NCBI GenBank assembly: GCA_043228905.1
Contig: JBHGNT010000009.1
Coordinates: 3,286,001-3,350,000, forward strand
Direction of reading: 5' to 3'
DNA from: Azolla caroliniana
Lineage: Eukaryota; Plantae; Polypodiophyta
DNA length: 64,000 nucleotides
Part shown: positions 41,011 to 53,963 of the stretch, piece by piece
How the letters are laid out: every line of letters begins with the position of its first letter
Numbering within the stretch: position 1 is the first letter of the stretch
The notes under the pieces: model-generated
Told to the model about the DNA's origin: nothing
Seen by the model: only the letters and a program-made list of their open reading frames with translations
Database searches by the model: none
Position numbers and translations under genes: made by a program

Positions 41011-43040
41011 ATTTCATCGTCAAGGAAGTCCACGTGTACACGTGAAATGTAGAGCAGGTTCTTGAACCAAGAAAGAAGGATATGATGCCATTGTCGAAGA
41101 AGTTACGAGAGCAAGAAAATGAGTCTACACTTGTTTGTTCTTCTTTTGTTCGAGTTTCCTAGCTAGAATTGTGCTTGTGCACTTGTAAACACACACTCCA
41201 TATGTGACAAAATATGTTGCATGTGTGAGTGGCACAAGCATAATCTTTTGGGTTGCATGTGTAACGAAGGATAGTGTGCATCAAGCGATGTTACTGCAAG
41301 AGATATGGAATGAAGTTATAGCCACACTAAAGAGCCAATATGATGGCCTCACAGGCAGAACCAATGGAGCCAAAAGACAACGATAAGCTTTTGTCCAACA
41401 ATGGTCATCCTCTCCCTGTCTTGAGTCAGTGGGCCTCCACATAAGATGGAACTATCGCGTCCGTATTGGGATTTGTATATAATATTGACGTATGCAAAAA
41501 TTATATAACTAATGGAATGAGAATGAGTTTTTTCTGGAAAAAAAAAAGACTTAGAAGGGTCAGTTTCACAATTAAAAAGTGAAGGAGAAGCTTAATATTA
41601 ACTCAAAAACTTACACTAATATTCTCTTACATTATTTAGTTCTCTTCAAGGTGGCGACCATAAGGTCTTTGTCTCCTTTTTGTCTCTTGCCCCTTCTATT
41701 TCATCATAGAAAGGCATCTCAAGAGAAATGTTGTAAACCTTGTATTTGGTCAAATCTAGAGAACCTACAAAAATCAATCTCTTCATTAATTTGAGGATAT
41801 GATAGACGTCATATAATAAATGTAAATTACTCTCCATCCACTAACTACATACTAGTAGGAATCTTCATGGGGATGTTATGGACATGTAGACCCTAAACTT
41901 TAAACCTAACTACATATGAATAATAATCTACCAATTAGATCATATAGCTTCATACAATGTATATCCTCCTCTATATGGGTTCATTGGAGTGATGTGCCCG
42001 ATTCTACGAATTATGCTAAGTGAACCTCATCTATTGAGAGGGGTGTCTTGACCATTGTGAAAGGTTAACGTGGCATTTTAATATGTAGACATCCATCGCT
42101 ATTTTATTTCATCTCACATTATGGTTTGAATGAACAATTATTTTTTATTAAGTAATGAAGACCCCGAATTTTGTACTTCCGGTTTATATACGAAAAACAT
42201 GAAGATATTCGAGGCGACACGGACTTAGTATCCAGGGCATGGGCAACCTTCATTTTGAAACGGAGTGGAACGCCGATGCTACGTTTGCAAGGCGGAAATA
42301 TACAATGGTGCTATTTCCCGCTAAATATGCTCTTCCCACCGAGGACTCCCCCCATGCAACATCCCCCCACCATCCTTGGACTGTAGAAGGATCCCTCTAA
42401 ATTAGAGTTAATTGAAGCCACAAAGCTCTATACAAGGCATGGCCCTTGTACATATGATACCTCCTTTAATTCTTCCTAACTAATGGGTAACATATTATAT
42501 CTCCTTTAATTCTCTTCCTAACTAATGGGTAACATATTATATCGGAAAAAAAACATGTAAAGCTTTTCACATATACATTTTTCAATCTTCCTTCTCTACA
42601 TTCAATCACATTGGAACCTGTTTTTCATATTTATCCTTTCAAGACATGTTCGTATCTTCTTATTGGAAGAACCTAATAATTAAGTGTTCATCGTGGAAGA
42701 GCAGGAATGTCAAACACATGGTAAGAAGTACAATTCATCATTCCATACCTCAATCCTTGAGCCATACATACATCTTCATATTGGAAGCTTTTTGGCAAGT
42801 ACTATAAAATAGACAACTCACAAAGGAAGGAACATTTATAAATGTGGTGTTTATTAACATGCTTCTAAGATAAACAACCTCCAATTTGGACTCTCTCAAC
42901 CATTGGTCGTCTAGTGTAAAGTTCGTGTAAAGTTCATCCCAGAGAGAAACACCTCCCAACACTAAGACAAGCATGCCAAAATACATGAAAGACATTAAAT
43001 ATGAACGTGACATGTATCACTAATTTGATCCTTGTGGTGA

Positions 43041-43080
43041 TTGTATTGGAAGGTGTTTCTCTCAACACCTTCCAATACAA
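43041..43080. repeat. Perfect 17-bp inverted repeat with 6-nt spacer
   Basis: ttgtattggaaggtgtt-tctctc-aacaccttccaatacaa. Confidence 0.95.
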
Positions 43081-43740
43081 CAAGCATGCCAAAATACATT
43101 AAATACATTTATAAATATCTGTACACTTTCTATCCTTTAGAAAGTAAAGAACAACCTCAAATTTCAAACTCAAATATGTACTCAGTGAACATAACTAATA
43201 GCGCATAACTAGAATAAATCTTTAAACCAGATTTACAAACTACAAGAGAGAATTCATTGGGGCTTTATGCGAGGCACAAGGCACAAGGCACAATTTTAAC
43301 TTGCTTTGAAAATGTAGCTTTTTATTAGTGCTAAAACACAAATTTATACACCAAGTTATGCCTACCAAGAAGGATATTAATGTAACAAGAAACTCTCTCC
43401 ATCCCCTGGAAAAAACAAACGGAGAGGGAGGGAGAGGTGAGCTCTCTATTGATTTACCTATACCAAAGACTAAAATGGTTCTATTTCCATACTGTACTCA
43501 ATTTTATTGGTGTATTGACAATTTTACTTTATTGGTGTTTTGATAATTTTACTCTATAGAAAGCTGGCTTTATCCTTAAGTCTACAGCTCTAATTTCACT
43601 CCAGCAACTAGGTATACCTCCTCCCATATGTTTTTTTTACAATACATATTATTAAAAACTGTATTATTGACTAGATACAAACAATAAAAACAACAACGCC
43701 TTTCCACTTTTTTTGGCCTTAAAACCCTCTTTCCACTTCC

Positions 43741-46666
43741 TTAGTCCACTTCTTCAATCTTTGGCCCAGAACCTCCACCGGCAGTACTACCACCATAGCC
43801 ACCTCCATTGCCAGCACCACCACCAGGCATAGGCATGTCCCCTCCACTCTGATACATCTTGGCAATGATTGGGTTACAAAGAGATTCCAATTCTTTCATC
43901 TTATCCTCGAATTCATCCACTTCAGCTAACTGATTTTGATCCAACCACTGTATGGTTGAGCTAACTGCCTTTTCTATCTTATCCTTGTCTGAAGGATCAA
44001 GCTTCCCTGCTATCTTTTCATCTTTCACTGTATTCCTCATATTGTAGGCGTAATTCTCCAAACTGTTCTTTGCCTCTACTTTCTTCTTCACATCCTCATC
44101 TTCAGATTTATATCTCTCTGCTTCTTGAACCATTCTCTCTATATCATCTTTACTCAACCGACCTTTGTCATTAGTGATAGTAATTTTGTTCTTCACACCA
44201 GCTGTTTTGTCCTCCGCAGATACATTAAGGATCCCATTTGCATCTATGTCGAAAGTTACATTGATCTGAGGGACACCCCTAGGTGCAGGGGGGATGCCAC
44301 TGAGCTCAAATTTTCCCAGAAGATTGTTATCTTTAGTACGAGCTCTCTCCCCCTCGTAGACCTGAATGAGCACTCCAGGCTGGTTGTCAGAATACGTGGA
44401 GAATATTTGCTCTTTCTTGGTAGGTATGGTTGTGTTTCTTGGGATAAGAACGGTCATAACACCACCAGCTGTCTCAAGTCCCATACTGAGTGGAGCAACA
44501 TCAAGAAGAAGTAAACTTTTCACCTTCTCATCTCCTTCTCCGGTCAATATCGCTGCTTGGACAGCTGCTCCATAAGCTACAGCCTCATCAGGATTGATGC
44601 TTTTGCATAGCTCTTTCCCATTGAAGAAATCTTGCAACAACTGTTGAACTTTAGGAATCCTAGTTGATCCTCCCACAAGTACTACTTCATTGATCTGGCC
44701 TTTGTCCATCTTGGCATCCCTCAGGCACTTCTCCACAGGATCCATACACTGTCTGAATAGATCCATGCAAAGTTCTTCAAATCGAGCTCTGGTGATGGTA
44801 GAGTAGAAATCGATGCCCTCGTACAATGAATCAATTTCAATAGTTGTCTGTGAAGAAGATGATAGAGTTCTTTTGGCACGTTCACATGCTGTTCGTAGAC
44901 GACGAAGAGCCCTGGCATTTCCACTAATATCTTTCTTATATTTGCGCTTGAACTCTTGAACAAAGTGATTTACCATTCGGTTGTCAAAGTCTTCACCGCC
45001 AAGGTGAGTATCCCCAGCTGTGGCTTTCACCTCAAATATTCCTTCCTCGATGGTGAGAAGAGAGACATCAAAGGTCCCTCCACCAAGATCAAATACAAGG
45101 ATATTCTTCTCCCCAACACTAGTTGATTTCTTGTCCAAGCCATACGCAATAGCAGCCGCGGTGGGTTCATTGATGATTCTCATCACAGTAAGACCAGCTA
45201 TGGCACCTGCATCTTTGGTAGCTTGTCTCTGAGAATCATTGAAGTAGGCAGGAACTGTGATGACTGAATTCTTTACAGTTGATCCTAAGTATGCTTCTGC
45301 TATCTCTTTCATCTTGACCAAAACCATGGATGATATCTCCTCAGCTGCAAATTGCTTTTGTTCACCCTTATATGTTACTAAAATCATGGGCTTGTCTCCA
45401 GGACCAGAAACGACCTTGAAAGGCCAAAGCTTCATGTCACTTTGGACTGAAGCATCAGTGAAGCGGCGTCCAATCATTCGCTTAGCGTCTGCCACAACAT
45501 TTGACAGCAATATTCAGAATATATTTCTCAGCTCAACAGAGACTTGAATATCAAAATAACGAAAAACACAAAAATCATAGTGAAGGATCACAATATCAAC
45601 AGAAAGCACGAATTCAGAGGCTTCCACAGAACCTGCAGAAACTTATATACAGCAACTCAAAAATTACGATTCTCTCGCAGAACAAGATCACACCAGCAGC
45701 TAATGGTTCAAGAACTCAAGAATCATATATATCACCTCACAAGACGACATTCATGTCAGATATCTTTTTTAGCAAATGCTACACAACAATTATATCAAAA
45801 ACAGAAATGCTGCCTAAATTAAAACAATCAATTATGCTGCCAATACATCACAGATTAACAAGAAGAACAGACAATTAAGATCAAGAACCGAAATGCTGCC
45901 TAAATTAAAACAATCAATTATGCTGCCAATACAGCACAGATTTATATGAAGAACAGACAATACCTATATTTAAATTCCTTTCCATTAGTTTGTATAGACA
46001 ACACAAAATTAACATGCATGCGCCAATGAAATGAATGCTTATGCTCTAAGATCATGATCAGAATGCCTAAATTTTCTATACAACACAAAATTAACATGCA
46101 TGCGCCAATGAAATGGATGCTTATGCTCTAAGATCATGATCAGAATGCCTAAATTTTCCAAGAATAACTAAAGTGGAAAGCTCAAATATAGGTTTAGGGA
46201 GCGATGAAGGAACAAGGCAATAAGTATTATAAGTCAATAATACAGAATGCTAGATCATAAGGGTACGTAAATCAAGATAAAAGGCAAAAGTTTAGAGACT
46301 TAACTACAGACAGAAATAATTGAGTTCATTCAAGAACATAAAACAAAAAACGAAATTCAAAAGGCAGATCAATTGCAGAATTCGGAAGCCGAAGCACATG
46401 CAAGATTTAAACGAAACAAATTGTTAAAAAGACAAACATGTTATACACTTACCAAAGATAGTATTGTGTGGATTCATGGCGACCTGATTCTTGGCTGCAT
46501 CTCCGATGAGCCGTTCTGTGTCAGTGAAAGCGACATAGGAAGGAGTGGTGCGATTTCCCTGATCATTTGCAATGATCTCTACACGATCATGTTGCCATAC
46601 CCCCACACAGCTGTACGTAGTTCCAAGATCGATACCTATAGCTTTACCTTCGGTTTTGGAGGCCAT
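43741..46666 (-). CDS. HSP70: Cytosolic heat shock protein 70
   Basis: Exons 46666-46453 and 45488-43741, with the phase-1 intron in the conserved F-D position. Motifs [27 protein letters not shown]. Confidence 0.99.
45804..46158. repeat. Two adjacent ~83-86-bp tandem duplications in the HSP70 intron
   Basis: gaaatgctgcctaaattaaaacaatcaattatgctgccaatac at 45804 and 45890; acaacacaaaattaacatgcatgcgccaatg...gcctaaattttc at 45997 and 46080. Confidence 0.9.
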
Positions 46667-46823
46667 AGTTTCTTATTTCTTTATAGTGCTGCAGCAATTA
46701 GATGTCGAACACGGCAGGCTTAAATCAGGATAAGCAAAGAGCCCTGGTGGCTATGGCAAGCTCGGTGTTCGGAACGATACAAGATCGAGGAGGAGTAGGA
46801 AGGAGAAAAGAAAAAGACTGATA

Positions 46824-47079
46824 GATATATAAGGTGTGCAGAGAATTAGGGTGTTCAAAGATGAATTAATGGCAGTAACTTACGTTTGCGCGTTTCGGAT
46901 GTTGCCTGTTCTAAGAAGAAATGCGAAGGAAATATAAGAGCGCGCGGCGAAAAAGAAGGAAGAAGAAGGAGAAAGAACGAGAAAGAACGAGAAGGCGCTA
47001 CAGAAGCCTAGAACCTTCGAGACACTCTCCTTCGGACACGTGTCAAAAGTCTCTCTGCACGTGCAGTAATGACACGTGG
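46824..47079 (-). promoter_or_regulatory. HSP70 promoter: TATA-like box, heat shock element, three G-boxes
   Basis: CTTATATAT ~46825-46833; perfect CTnGAAnnTTCnAG at 47008-47021; CACGTG at 47037, 47058 and 47073. Confidence 0.75.
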
Positions 47080-47799
47080 AAGCCTGCCATTTTTGGAGCC
47101 CCCCCATCTCTAAATGTAGGCCTTCTCACTCCAATATGTACAATGCTCTCTCACACGCGCACACAAGACAATGACAGAAGTTGCAGATCCAATCTAAACT
47201 TACAAAACTAGTTTCCCATTTATTCCAAGCTTAGCACAAACTTTGTATCTTAATCTTTTTCACCCTGTGAGCTACATCTATTATTGTTTTTACACTTATG
47301 ACATGTTGTGTTCGTGCTAGATGCCACGAATTGAGTTTTGTTTTAACCTGTAGGGCGTTTTATGTTTTGTCTAGGTTTAATTTTATTTTTTTCTTTATCA
47401 ATGCGTTGAATTATAAGATGGCCAACAATGTCAGCAACCTTCATTTGATTAGGTAAAGCCTAAAAAGATAAGAATCACCGCAACCTTGATCAATCAAGTT
47501 GTGTTTTTAACATGTAGGACGTGTTATGTTTTGTCCACAATTTTTTCTTATCAATGTGGTGAAGAATTATAAGATGCTTGACAATACTACCAACCTTCAT
47601 TTCATTTGCTAAAGTTACAAATGATAAGAAATTCAAATGATTATAAATTTATATATCACAAACCTTCCTTGTTCTATCATTTTCTCTTCATTTCTCCATT
47701 TATTGTATTTATGATCAATGTTGCTAAATCATTTAATTCCTACACGTTCTTGCTCCACCCTCTATACAAACTTCACCACCATTTGACAAAGGATATAGC

Positions 47800-47997
47800 A
47801 TAGTACGTAAAATTCGTGTTCGTCTAGCATAACATTCGTTCTTCTACGTTGGAAAACGAATGCGAATGTTATTCAAACAATCTTGTGTAATTTCCCCCCA
47901 TTTTTTTAATGTTTTTTTCCCATTTTTTAGGCTTATTTACCACATAATAAATATTTAATCCATAAGTATGGTATTTATCATTCTTTGAAGGTGTTTT
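47800..47997. repeat. Dispersed repeat with internal palindrome (copy B)
   Basis: Same orientation and high similarity to 38383-38543, with a ~35-bp insertion. Confidence 0.85.
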
Positions 47998-48680
47998 TCT
48001 TGCACGTATGGTACCTATGGTTCATACTATGGGATATAGGCTGCCCCTAGGAGATCAAATGTTGCTTCCACTTCAAAAGCATAGGAAATCAACTTATATC
48101 AAAACACAACATGGAACTATATCGCACATTACTTACTTTTTTCAATAGGCCCACATCCCCATTGACACCTTTTGGACAACCCATCATAGAATGTGCAAAG
48201 GAACATGTGATAAGTTATAACAGTGAAGACAACAAGTAATTGCATACAAGGCACACCTGCCTAACTAGATCATGGTGATGCATGCTTGTCATGTATGACC
48301 CATAGAGGACACAAATGCATATGAACTTTATCGTAGCCTCACTTTCATTACTCCAACCCTATACATGTTAGTTATGTTCATTTTTTTATCGCATGCCTTA
48401 CGTGAGTGTCATGAACCTTTAGGAATCCTAGACCATCTATCTTCGCTTAAGTACGCATAACATGTGGCAATCCATATTTTTAATCATGATTTGTGTCATA
48501 GATCAAAACCTCGATGATAAGTTAATATCTCTCTCTCTCTAGAACATGTAACTTATTATTCAACATGAGCTTCTTAATCTCTTAAGAGAATGACAACTTC
48601 TCTATTCTTGCTTTCTCTCTCTTACCCTAATGGTAACTACTAACTCTAAGCTGTTGGTTCGAAGTTTGACTATCAACCTC

Positions 48681-49120
48681 TATTTTTCATCTAAATTTCA
48701 GCTAAGTGCCACTATGGAATGTATGGGTTGAATCTACGACCTCATTGTCTCACCAACTGAGTTACATTCATATGGGTTTTCTCTCTCTCTCTCTCTCATC
48801 ATAATTTGGTTATTTTTCATCTAAATTTCAGCTAAGTGCCACTATGGAATGTATGGGTTGAATCTATGACCTCATTGTCTCACCAACTGAGTTACATTCA
48901 TATGGGTTTTCTCTCTCTCTCATCATAATTAGGTTATCCTAGTAGTAAGTTGTTACACTACAAGCACTACATCTTGGGTTTGAAACCCAATTTTCTCACT
49001 TGGTCCACTCCATTACTTCATACAAATCTCTCCATTCACTAGAGAATGCATTGTGGAATGTAAGGGGTGAACCCATGACCTCTTGGACTACATTGGACAA
49101 CCTTACCAACTAAGCTACAT
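48681..49120 (-). mobile_element. tRNA-related SINE-like repeats: one full copy (48932-49120) and two tandem, internally deleted heads
   Basis: Minus strand ATGTAGCTTAGTTGGTAAGG...GGGTTCACCCC. The ~130-bp duplication (48681 and 48811) reads ATGTAACTCAGTTGG..GAGGTC.TAGATTCAACCC. Confidence 0.65.
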
Positions 49121-50894
49121 GCACATGGTTCTCTCAAACACACAATTACATTAATAAACATGCATTTTCTTCAATGATGAGCCACTTGGAACATAGAAAG
49201 GTTGAAATATATTGGGATGAGGCTCCCTACCACCATAGATGGAATGAACATGTTACCCATCGATCAAAATCAAGAATAAGGGTTTGTTATACATTGAAGC
49301 ATATATGCAATAGTCAAGAAATCAAATGTTGAGTCCTCAAGAAATGTTTCTTTAGCACATTGATAACTTTAGTACTTCTTTATTGTTTTGAAGTGCCCAA
49401 TGTTATTATCCCTTTGTCTAGGTAGAAAGAGTTTGAAAATGTCCAAAAGTTTATTGCAATCATGCTACAAATGCCATACATGCTCCTACTTGAGACTAGA
49501 TCATTTCCTGTTGAGATCATGGCCATGGAAAAGGTTATTAAGTGCATGCTCAAGGTTCGTGATAGATGCAATGTATGAAAAAGTGATTTGGAAAATGATA
49601 TGCATCACATCTGCTTCTTGATGTGTTAATATATTGCTCCACCAATGAGGGTTTTTTGCAATGCCAAATTATCACAATTAGGGAAAGATGTGGAAACTCA
49701 CATTGTATTATATGTGTTGCACCAAACTACGACATGAAGTATATGTAAAAAATTGTTGGTCACTCTACACCATTGCTTCAATAAGATTTAGTTCATATTC
49801 TCTTGCATGTGAGACAAGGCACACTACATATAACTACATGGGAGTTAGCTTACCACACATATTCAAACCAGATTCCAATCCACTTCAAACACATACTCCT
49901 CAGTTGCAACATTTATTAGTCAATTTCTTGAAAATCCATAATTGCTACTCAATTCCACATGTAAATCATATTTTTATCTTCGAGTACAGTAATGAAATCC
50001 ATCATTCACACACGCAAGTATCATGGCAACTATGGTTCTGCACTCTACTCGGATCATCTAAAATGTCCGACCGTCTCCATGTTATGACCCAAGTTCTCAT
50101 TAATACTTACACATTGCACAGATCACAAGACAATCTATAAACAAAGATATAACATATGCGTACACTGCTATAATCCCATTAAGTGAAACAGAAACAATTG
50201 CTGCATGTAATTGAGGGCTTTATCGGAAAGCTTAATATGCAACACTAATCACATTAGAAAATAGTATGAGGCAAAACATTTGCTGCATACAAGAGAAAGA
50301 ATTATTGAAAAGCTTGGTATGCCTGTGATCACTTTTGAGAGATAGTAAGTAGTGTTAAGGCGGAAGGATATCTCATAACATTTTTTAAGTATATGCAAAA
50401 TAGAATGCAAAAATTGGAATTTTATAATAATCAAATCACAACATCACTCATATGTGGACAAAATAGAGAACCTCTTGAAGAGGTATCTGTTGCATACGTC
50501 TGTTGTATAAATACAATGTACAACAAAGCTTTGCTTTCGTTTGTCTCTAATGACACCTTTTCCAGGATAACTCATATGTCTAGCAAAAAAGATCTGTAAA
50601 AGAGAAGACACAATTCAAATGAGCTTAAAAGAGCTGTAAACAGTTCAAATGGCTATTGTAAGCTTTTTGAACCATGAATTCAAGGTTTGCTAGAGCATCG
50701 ATTCAATAGGACCACAAAAGGATTGAGCAGAGAGAGAAAGAGAGAATTTGAACAATAAAATCTTGCTACTTGCCACAAGGGATGTGATAGTTTAAGATAA
50801 AAAGTACACAATGGTTGCATCGATGTTAAAATAATCGAGCCCTAAAGCTCTCATTATTGTAACCATCTATCTTATTGGACATAAAAAAGGACAT

Positions 50895-53800
50895 TCAGTC
50901 TGACTTCGTGGCACTTTCACTGCTTGAATCTGAGAGAATCTTTAGTCTTCTTACATTCCTCGAGAAATCCCTAAAGGAATGTAGAGTTATTAGCATAAAA
51001 TTCTTATAATTGATACTAAAAGTGAGCATAAAATGCTTACCAGTATGGCTCCTCTCCAACGGATCTAGGAAAGCCCATTGAGTCCAAATACACAAGGCGA
51101 TTCAGAAATTGATACTTATCAGCTCCAAACATCAATTCTAGCCTTTCATACAATTCTTCAAAACATGTAAAGCTTGAAAGGTCCACACTCCAGCCAACAT
51201 CATCACTCTCATTATAAACTTTGCAGTGGTTAGATTGAGTACCCTGAGTTTGTGAGCAAAAGAAAGGCTGTTTCTCGGCTGAGAGTAACATACCAACTTG
51301 ACTAGAAGCTATAGAGATCTTGTTATTATATATTTCTACCCCTTTCCTATCTGAAACCGCATTATGGCTAATGCTATCTGGTGATTTGTTCCCACCTGAG
51401 TCAGAAGCATCTATAGTCTTCCCAAACAGCACAAATGTGGCCTTTTTAGCGCCTGGGCTTCCATCTCCATTGCAGCTAACCACACTTGTGGGTTGGCTAT
51501 ATGAAGTATTCCCCACAACCAATGATGTAGAAAGTTCGCTTTGAATGCTCGGACTGCTTCGCTGACAAAAGAAATCTCTTTCATAAAGCTCATCTGGAAC
51601 ACCTATGTTCACTGCCGATACATCTCTTTGTTGATAAAAAGTGTTCAACAGTGATCTTGTTTGTTGACATTTAGTGGGTTGTGGCATTGAGAGCCCATAA
51701 TTTTGATTTTGATTTTGATTTTGATTTTCATGTTGATTTTGCCTGGTTCCCTGCATGCTTGTTGGCACACAGTCAATTGATCGATGCTGCCAACTTTTGG
51801 TGGGTCCCCTTATGTCATTAGCAAGGGAAGGCATCGATAAATCACTTAAGGTTTGCCCATCAAATTGAACCTCTGACGGCTGAGAAAACTTGAGCTTCTT
51901 CTTCAGGAAAGAAATCGGTGGCAGTTGTATTGGAGAGACAATTTCCACTTGCCAAGGACTCACCCTATTGATTCCTTGCAGCAAGTCTGGTTCATCCCAG
52001 GTAACCTGCGGTTGTACAAAAACGATGACTTGAGACTAACATACATAAATTCCATTGGGGCAACATCAACAACATCTAGATGTATTAAATTCCTGATAAC
52101 AATAGTATGATGGGTAAAAATATATCTGATTCAGGTTAGATCTATGGTTTAAAGGCTAATAATACTGGCACAGTGATGCCATCCGTGAAACACTCATCCA
52201 AATCCATCCAATTATGATTTTTTTCATTACCCCCAAAAAACTCCTCTGAAATAGTAACTTGAACAAATGAACGTCAATCAATTTGAGAAGATTCAATTGG
52301 CATGAAGATACTAATTAAACTTAACAAACAGTCATGCATTATCCATGCCATTATATGAATATTTACTACGTTTAAATCAAATTAGACAGCAAGTGAAACG
52401 GTGTTGGGGATAAAGGTGTCCTCAAATAACTAAATAAAAAATTCGTTTTTTGAACTAAACAGTTTGAAATATTTGTAATGTTGACAAAATCCTGACAGCT
52501 ATACATATATTTTCTATTAAATTCCTACCAATCTGCGAATTTTCCTCATTATTTCCTATTATTTCATGCATACGAATGGCGCTGGTTCAATTGTAATCAC
52601 AAACACTGATATGAAGCAAATGCAAATGTATCATGAAGTGCTAATCTGATGATCTTCTGACTGAATTAGTTCACAGTATGAACATCTAAAGTATGAAGGT
52701 GATTACCTGAAGGATCTTCCAAGGAGAGTTCGGCCATCGTAGAGGATCTACCTCTTCTACTTTTGAGACACTGCCAACAAACCAGCTCACACGAGAGGCA
52801 TCCTCAGTCTCCACTGCCATCTTGAAGCGCAATCCAGGAGTCCATCTCTGTTGCAAAGATGACCTCACTGCATTTGCTTTCACGAAGAACTCTGAAATAG
52901 TAGCCCTTGGATAGTAAACTACTTCAAAAATATCTCCCGATGCGGCCAGAGTCACAGCTTCAACAACAGATTCGGGTGGTACACGAGCTTGGTTCCTAGC
53001 AAAACTAGTTGAAGATGTAAGCATATCTGGTCTGGGTCTGCTAACATGAGGTATTCCTGAGCCATTATCCATAAAATTATAGGAATTGTCCACCATATTT
53101 GATCCCCGGCTCAAGGATCTAGTAGCCGAGATTGAAGCCGATGCTAATTGATGCCATGGTGAACATGCAGAAGATAAGTCTCCTCCACCACCATTTCCCT
53201 TTGTGGAGCGCCGAACACCAACACAGAGCTCTCCACTAGCACTACGCAGAAAAACAATGGCATCCCCAGCGACAAGTTTCTTATAGTTCACAAAATTGCT
53301 CCATCCAGTGGTGAGGAGATGGCGACGAGGTGTGCCCCTATAGATATGCCTGAATTTCCACACTTTTCCATGAACATCTTTAGCAAGAACAATCTGAACA
53401 GGTGGATCCTCATTGTAATCCAGACGTGGAAAGATAGTCTCTGCACAGTAGCGAGGCACCGAGAATCCTCCACCATTGTTTGCATCGCTCTGGGTAAGAG
53501 TTTTTGCAAATGAGACAATCTTCCCTGCGTTTGAAGCTGAATGAGGTGGTGATGCAGAATCTTCCATGGTGGAGCTACAGTCTGTGTTAGGGTTTTCTGG
53601 CTGGAGCCTTACACGAGCAAAAACCTCATCAGTTTCTCTGTCTGCGAGAAACTTAACAGAGAGAACACGACAAAAGAAACTACTTTTCTGACAGCCGAGA
53701 GAAAAATCTGGAGGTAACGCAGCATGTTCTCCATGCCCTTGAGGGAAATAGATGACAGACGAACCAACAGAAGGAAGCTGAACCTGTGAGCCCGCACATG

Positions 53801-53963
53801 CATGCCATAGCTGAGGATCAACAGTTCCCTTGTTAGAGTTATTATTGTCTTTTCCTACTGGTCCATCATTATCTTCCACTGAACTTGAATATCGTTCTGC
53901 CATTAATATATGATTAATGTTGAAATTACTTATAGTTGCTGGATGTGAATTAGGCCCGGGCAT
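50895..53963 (-). CDS. ARF: Auxin response factor, class C (ARF10/16/17-like)
   Basis: Exons 53963-52707, 52005-51041, 50970-50895. It has LWHACAG, a B3 domain (SFAKTLTQSDANNGGGFSVPRYCAETIFP, class C signature), the ancillary domain VTWDEPDLLQ..RVSPWQVE, an LFG motif and PB1 (HCKV..ESDDVG..DLS). The MPGP start is inferred; ATG at 53903 is an alternative. Confidence 0.95.
51740..51760 (-). promoter_or_regulatory. miR160 target site (degenerate)
   Basis: Plus strand TGCCTGGTTCCCTGCATGCTT versus miR160 UGCCUGGCUCCCUGUAUGCCA; encodes SMQGTRQ at the usual GxQGAR position. Confidence 0.85.

Noticed and set aside
43052-43069. GGTGTT..AACACC resembling the H2B stem-loop
   Set aside because: The loop is 6 nt, the flanks are wrong, it is part of a longer DNA palindrome and it is not next to a histone gene.
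49688-50140. 150-aa ORF
   Set aside because: No recognisable motifs; composition typical of decayed repeat DNA.
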